Origin: the human T2T-CHM13v2.0 reference genome, Homo sapiens
Assembly: GCF_009914755.1 (NCBI RefSeq)
Contig: NC_060932.1
DNA: 64,000 bases
Strand: one strand, 5' to 3'
The position numbers and the translations under genes are program-made. The notes beneath the pieces were generated by a model, which searched no databases, had not been told where the DNA came from, and was given only the letters and a program-made list of their open reading frames with translations. Positions 57,995 to 64,000 of the stretch are shown one piece after another. The number at the start of each line of letters is the position of its first letter. Within the stretch, counting starts at the first letter, position 1.

Positions 57995-58695
57995 GTGATT
58001 AAGAAAACAAAAACCACACTAAATATTTTAAACAAAGAAAATTTAATACATACGGAATCAATTACCAAAAGTCCTGGTAGGGCTGGAGAAGCAGAAAATG
58101 GACAGTGAATTCATCAAAAGATCAGTAACTGCAGGAAGACACTACTGCTCCTAGGGCTGGCAGAGAAAAAAAGGAAAATGGTGTTAAACAGCTAATGAGT
58201 ACTATGATGCTAAGGTTGTTGGAGTACTACTGCTACCCTTGAAGCTGCTGCTGCTGCTTTACAGGATGCTATGAGCCTGCACTTCTATTGATCCAGAAAA
58301 CCTATAGTCCTGTTGATGGTGCTGGACTCACCTCAGAGGATGCTGGAGCCTGCAGTCACCCATTGCTACCCCTGCCAGAACTGCACTGTTGTTACAGTAG
58401 CCAGAATTTGCATTGTAGTTATCTGGTGCTGCTATTGCTGCTAGAACCAGAGACCATGGGCAATCTGCTGAGTTTCCTGGAATACTGATGCTGCTCCTGC
58501 AGGAATTAGAAACAGAAGGAAGAAAATAAAATGATCTACCTTCTTCTGTCATCCAGTTTTTACCAGTGCTTCCCAGTGGCAGAACATAATTGGAAACCAG
58601 CTTTCAAGGGAGTGTGACAAATGTAATCTTTAGAGAGGATAGTCTGAAATAAGAGCAGGAATGGGCTGAGAGCCAATATAAAGCCAGCACAGGAA
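57995..58695 (-). mobile_element. Ancient LTR (LTR78/MamGyp-like)
   Basis: AAAACCACACTAAATATTTTAAAC...AATTTAATA start, CTG-rich interior, GGGCTGAGAG...CCAGCACA end. Confidence 0.45.
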
Positions 58696-60982
58696 GAAGT
58701 TACAAAATATTGATTCTTTAATCATAATAAGAAGAAAGAAGCATTTTTGCAAATTTTCTGAATAACATCAAGACTCTTCTTTTTTTTGTGGTCAAATGAT
58801 TAAGTTACAGGGGCTGGTAGAAAAACTTTGAAAGTGTGATAGTTCTTCATTGAGGTATCAAGGTATTTTTGTTTCAAGCAGCAAAAATGGCCCCTGTTAA
58901 CTTAAACAGAAAATAATTTATTGTAAGCCCTAAGGAATAGCTCTTAGAAAAGTTGACTAGTCCCTGGAAAAGACAGAAATTAGGTTAGCTCTGGATAGCT
59001 GTTTGCAGAAACTAATGGATGGCCTGTTCAATGTGCTACCCACTGTTTGTATGGATCAGCTTCACTATTTGCTGCTTGAAGTTCATATTACATGGAAAGA
59101 GGCAGTCCGGCCTAGCTTGGGTTAGTTACCAACCCTTGGACAGAGGAGGGTATGGCACCTTGATTGACATCAAGACTATATTCAATAATTGAGGACTAGT
59201 TCTCAAAGAAAATTTGAGATATTAGAGGAGAATAGATACTAGACAGGCAAAAATGACAAAATATCTACTAATTGAAGCTTGTTTTAAATTAGCAATAGGT
59301 AGCTCAAAACCATACCTGAAAGTTCTTGAGCCCTTAATATGTAATAGGCACTATGATCTCTTTTAATAATATCTTTGAGGAAGTTGTCATTATTATCCTC
59401 ATTTTACAGATGAGAAAAATTGAGAGGTGCACTTCTGATGATGGTGGATTAGGCAATTTGGACTAACTCTTCCACTGAGAACAACTAGAAAAGCTGGATC
59501 AAATATAAAAATCATCTGTTCGTATCAGAGAGCTAACACATCAATGAAGGCTGTGGAGACAAGATCCTGGAGAAGAAGGAAACCCAAAAGGTGAGCTGTG
59601 CATTTGAAGCCTCTTTCTACTATGGGAATCTCGCTGTTTCCAGTAGAGGTGGCCAAGAGGCTGAGAAGCTAAGAAGAGCTTTTGACACACTCATGGGGTG
59701 GGGCTAATGGAGCAACAGTTTGAATTCATGGTCCACTGAACAGGGAGATTGCCTGCTAAATCCCCCAGGCTTTGGGTTGGGACCTGAAGGGTGATTCCTT
59801 AGGAGTAAGGATGAGCTGCGAATTGAATGGTCCACATACAGAGGAAAACCAGTTTAGAATCATCGTAGTCTTTAATTAGATTACAGACATCTAAGATTGT
59901 TAATGACTCTAGCTACTTGTTAAAGCAAAAGTAAATTCTTTCTGGTGGAAGATAATACCATCCTAGGCCTCAAATAATTTCTACAGTTTTTACTTATAAT
60001 GTCTTACATGGACACAAAAATAATCAGGCATACAAGACATAAGTTATATGATGCCATGTAACTGAAACTAAGATAAACAATAGACCATAGTAATAGACCA
60101 ACAGGGGATTCAAATAATGGAGTTCTGTCATTGAATTTTAAAAAATGAATCTGTTTAGACTAGCAAAATATAAGAGCGCTTTGGCAGAGCACTATACATC
60201 ATGAAAATTAAAAGCAAAAAAAGAACTGAAAAAGGTAATAAATGAAATTAAGAACCCATTGAATGTATTTAACAGCATTAGATACAGCTGAAGAGAGAAA
60301 TAACTAGGAGAAATGAGAAAATATGTGTAATAAAGCACAGAAATATAACAGTATGTAGGAGAAAGAAAAAAGTAATAGAAATGGGGAGTATGTATAGTTG
60401 GAGTTTCAGAAGGAGAGAAGGAGAGTGCAAGAGACCAAATATTTGAAGAAATAATGGCTGAGAACTTTTTCAATACTGATGAAAGACACCAAGCCATAAA
60501 TTCACAAAGTGCTGCAAAACTACGAAGGAGAAATAAAAGAAAACCATAGCTAGGCATATCACAATAATGGCCAAAACCCCAAAACAACAAAAATCCTAAA
60601 TGTATCCAGAGGGAAAATGTAGCCATTTTCAAAGTATCTCCAATAATGTTTACAGCTGATTCTCAACAGAAACAATAAATGCTATAAGACAATGGATTTA
60701 TGTCTTCAAAGTGCTGAAGAAAAAACCGCACAGTTAGCATTTTATGTCCAATGAAAATAGCACTCAGAAATGAAGGCAAAATAAAGGCCTTATCAGACAT
60801 ATAAAGCCAGAGATATGTCACCAGCTTCCCACACTTAAGGTAATACAGTTATCCCTCAGTATCACTGGAGAATTGGTTCCAAGACCCCTTGCAGATACCC
60901 AAATCTGTGGATGCTCATGTTTCTAATATAAAATTGCATAGTATTTGCATATAGCCTATGCACATCATCCAGTATACTTTAT

Positions 60983-63361
<2,379 letters not shown>

Positions 63362-64000
63362 TCCAGTATACTTTATATAATCTTTAGATTGCTTACAATA
63401 TCCAATGTAGATTCTATGTAAATAGTTGTTATACAATATTTTTAAATAAATATTACTTTTTATTGTTTTTATCCCCAAAATATTTTGATCTGTGGTTGGT
63501 TGAATCTGTGGATGCAGAACTCATTGCTATGGAAGGCTAACTGTACTAAAGAGCGTTCTTCAGTTAGAAGGAAAATGGTCTCAGACAGAAAGCTAGAAGT
63601 GGAGAAAGGAATGAGGAAAGATGAAAAGGATAAATGTGTGGATAGATGGAAATTAGTGTTGGGTGTAAAACAAAATATCTTAGTGCGTTTTAAATATATG
63701 GTAAGAATTAAAAATACATGATAGTAGTGTATATGTTGGGACAGTATAAATGGTTTTAAGTTACATTGCCAGGAAGAAGTAAACATATCACATATGTTAG
63801 GGTTTGATGATTTGTAGATGCATATTATAATTGCTGAGTTTATTTTAAAATGTTAGTAGCATAATGTACACCTTCCAAGCTAATAGAGAAGAAAAATATA
63901 ATAAAAAGTATTTAATTAATTAAAAAAGACAAACAAGGAGAGAAAAATAAACATAAAAGAGTTGGAGGCAAATAGCAAGTAGTAAAACAGTAGATTTGAC

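Overview
Primate, almost certainly human, genomic DNA containing the 5' end of RIMS2 (RIM2-alpha, presynaptic active-zone scaffold). A CpG island at about 32.2-35.3 kb holds the first coding exon (34485-34660, + strand, MSAPVGPRGRLAPIPAASQPPLQPEMPDLSHLTEEERKIILAVMDRQKKEEEKEQSVL-K). The ORF track misses this exon because the unspliced frame closes at 59 aa. Upstream are about 32 kb of Alu-dense sequence with L1, L2, MIR, LTR and DNA-transposon relics. Downstream are about 29 kb of AT-rich, Alu-poor intron 1. Nearly all listed ORFs are Alu/L1 by-products or GC-rich chance ORFs. I found no foreign DNA, CRISPR array or demonstrably new biological system. The best leads are: a regularly spaced (~47 bp) array of a ~20-bp motif in the promoter; a UG-repeat-flanked candidate poison exon in intron 1; an out-of-frame upstream ORF plus candidate acceptor in the RIMS2 leader; a candidate antisense lncRNA exon; and unusual retrotransposition footprints (an apparently older L1 inside a younger one, a 24-nt poly(A) micro-insert, an internally deleted L1 keeping ORF0). 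Repeat subfamily names come from recalled consensus features, not from a RepeatMasker run, and old-repeat boundaries are approximate.
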